A stretch of DNA of 63,919 bases, counting the filler, from an uncultured Methanosarcinales archaeon (GTDB taxonomy: Archaea; Nanobdellota; Nanobdellia; Woesearchaeales; CAYNLP01), in NCBI GenBank assembly GCA_964398115.1. It is 16 parts of 16 records of this genome, joined end to end, with 100 filler letters (N's around TTAATTAATTAA, not from the genome) between each part and the next. Parts side by side here need not be neighbours in the genome. Positions count along the whole stretch, not along the records: positions 61,383 to 63,919 come from CAYNLP010000050.1; 15 more parts are not named here. One strand, written 5' to 3'. Positions 61,383 to 63,919 of this stretch are shown one piece after another. The notes under the pieces are model-generated. The model searched no databases, was not told the DNA's origin, and saw nothing but the letters and a program-made list of their open reading frames with translations. Made by a program: the position numbers and the translations under genes. Each line of letters opens with the position of its first letter. Position 1 is the stretch's first letter.

Positions 61383-63249
61383 CTGCACTGCCTTAATAGA
61401 CGATCCATCGTTAGACAACGTCGAACTCATGGAATACATAAAAGGCCCAGACTTCCCAACCGGAGGAATAATAGCAGGAAGAAACGGGATAGTACAAGCA
61501 TACAAGACAGGCAGAGGAAAAGTAAAAGTCCGAGGAAAAATCCACGAAGAAGACGACGGTGACAAACTCATAGTTACCGAACTACCCTACATGGTAAACA
61601 AAGCCAAACTCATCAAAAAAATAGCGGACAAAGTAAAAAATGACAAGATTGAAGGCATCCGAGACTTAAGAGATGAAAGCGACCGAGAAGGAATGCGAGT
61701 AGTCATAGAACTCAAAAGAGGCGCCAACCCAGACGTCGTAAAAAACACCTTGTTCAAACACACCCGTCTCTCAGACACGCTAAGCATGATCCACATCGCA
61801 CTCGTCGACGACGAACCAGTCAAGCTAACACTCAAACAACTACTAAAACAACACATAAACCACAGACGAGAAGTCGTCATAAACAGAACAGAATACGACC
61901 TGCAAAAAGCACAAGACAGATCCCACATACTAGAAGGACTAATCGTCGCATTAGACAACGTAGACGATGTTATCGAACTCATAAGAAGCGCCGAAGACGC
62001 TAGCGACGCAAAAGAAGAACTAATGGAAGAATACGACTTAAGTGAAGAACAAGGCAAAGCGATCCTTGACATGAGACTCCAAAGACTCGCAAGTATGGAA
62101 CAACAAAAAATTAAAGACGAACACGCCGACCTGAAAGAAGATATCAAAGAATACAAATCCATCCTCAACAGCGAAGAAAGAGTAAACGAAATATTAAAAG
62201 AAGAATACAAAGAAGTAGCAGAGAAATACGGTGACGAAAGACAAACCGCGATACAAGAAAACTATCAAGAACTAGAAACCGAAGACCTAATCCCAGAAGA
62301 AGACATGGTCATAACACTAAGCAACGACGGCTACACAAAAAGGATGAGCCTAGACACATACAGATCACAACACAGAGGAGGAAAAGGCATCATCGGAGCA
62401 AAGACAAAAGAAGACGACTTCGTACAAAACGTGTTCCTAGCCAACACACACAGCTACCTACTATTCTTCACAGACACAGGACAAGTATACTGGAAAAAAG
62501 TATACAAAATACCAGAAGGGTCAAGAACGGCGAGAGGAACACCAATAGTCAACATATTAGACATGGACAAAGAAGAAAAAATAAAAGCAGTCATCCCCGT
62601 TTCAGAATTTGACGACGAACACTACCTCCTAACAGCTTCCAGAAACGGGAAAGTAAAGAAAACTAACCTAGAAGCATACAGCAGACCAAGACGAGGAGGA
62701 ATCATCGCACTCGGCCTAGAAGAAGGAGATGAACTCGTAAACGTAAAAATGACAGACGGAGAACAAGAAGTAATACTCGCCACACAAAATGGGATGGCAA
62801 TAAGATTTAACGAAAGCGACGTCCGAAGCATGGGACGAACCGCAAAAGGAGTGAAAGGATGCGACCTACGAGGAAAAGACAAAGTAGTCGACATGGTCAC
62901 AACCACCGACCCAAGCAAGAAACTCCTAACCATAACAGAAAACGGATACGGAAAGAAAACACCAATATCCAAATACCGGCTCATAAACAGAGGAGGAAAA
63001 GGCGTAATCAACATCAAAACCAACGACAGAAACGGAAAAGTCGTAACAACCAAAGTAGTCAACGACGAAGAAGACCTCATCTGCATATCTAAAAACGGAA
63101 TCGTACTAAGAACAAAAAGTGAAGAAATCAGCACCATGGGAAGAAACACACAAGGCGTAAGAATCATGCGCTTAGACGAAAAAGACAAAGTGATGAGCGC
63201 CGCCAAAGTACTAGAACAAAAAGAAAGCGAAGAGTCTGCAGAAGAATAA
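61383..63249 (+). CDS. gyrA: DNA gyrase subunit A (5'-truncated)
   Basis: GPDFPTGG, ELPYMVNKA, RDESDREGMR, GyrA box QHRGGKG and beta-pinwheel repeats. Confidence 0.97.
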
Positions 63250-63282
63250 AACTTATATTTCCAAACTTATAACAAAAGCTTC

Positions 63283-63762
63283 ATGCACAAATTAAAACGT
63301 GGAGAACTATCATATTTCTACGCAGAAGGAGTAGACCAAGTATTTTTTCTAGAATCCGCAGTTACGATACCAAATATGTACGCAGTCCACACATGGATAG
63401 TCACATGCGACAAGGACAATAACGTAATCAGATGGGATTTTGGACCCGACAAAGACAAAGATCAAGGCAAAATTTACAAAAATGAATTATACCCAGAAAA
63501 AGGCATGAATATAATACCTTATATTTCTACTCCCTCTTGGCCTACCAAGTTAATAGAGGAGATAAAAGGAGATAAAGCCAATAAAATAATAAATTTCTTG
63601 AGAAAAAACGCAACTAAATTTCCATATAAAGACGAATACAAACTCTTAGGCCCGAATAGCAACACCTTTCCACAGTGGGTGTTAAACCAATTCCCAGAAG
63701 TAGACGTAAAACTTTCATGGCGTGCCATAGGTAAAAACTATAGTGAGAAAGAAAAGAAATAA
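63283..63762 (+). CDS. DUF3750 family protein
   Basis: AVHTWIV, GPNSNTF..W and AIGKNY. Confidence 0.75.
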   Translation: MHKLKRGELSYFYAEGVDQVFFLESAVTIPNMYAVHTWIVTCDKDNNVIRWDFGPDKDKDQGKIYKNELYPEKGMNIIPYISTPSWPTKLIEEIKGDKANKIINFLRKNATKFPYKDEYKLLGPNSNTFPQWVLNQFPEVDVKLSWRAIGKNYSEKEKK

Positions 63763-63919
63763 AAACAGTAACTGCAGAAAAAGATTTTGACGTGAACATC
63801 AATCCAGAAAAACTAAAGGAAAAAGGATGGAGTGACTACGAAGTACACCACTTGATAGACGTACTAAAAGAAGCGGAAGAACAAAAACACCCGCACATAA
63901 AATTATTAGATGAAAACCT

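Noticed and set aside
1..63919. CRISPR array, rRNA, transposase or integrase
   Set aside because: No regularly spaced repeats, rRNA signatures or recombinase motifs were seen.

Overview
This is not one continuous locus. It is about 16 short contigs joined by an artificial N..TTAATTAATTAA..N linker. Most contigs come from an archaeon: Hel308, TFS, aIF-1A, L37e, S8e, SmAP, deoxyhypusine synthase and BHB-intron tRNAs. Its proteome is acidic and it carries several bacterial-type genes (gyrA, lspA, thyA-folA, glyA). That combination best fits a salt-adapted DPANN (Woesearchaeota-like) genome bin, though this is inference. Main points: (1) three of the four tRNAs carry BHB introns, including a D-loop intron in tRNA-Lys and two introns in tRNA-Leu; (2) Hel308 contains an intein; (3) contig-end overlaps rebuild a complete dTMP/folate gene cluster; (4) a secreted protein combines a GEVED-like domain, a coiled-coil-flanked hydrophobic hairpin and an SCP2-like region, and is a candidate host-interaction protein; (5) a four-hairpin element and a dispersed ~24-nt motif lie next to toxin-antitoxin (TA) operons; (6) one contig is a tailed-virus head module with an inserted HNH gene; (7) there are many intact and decayed TA modules.
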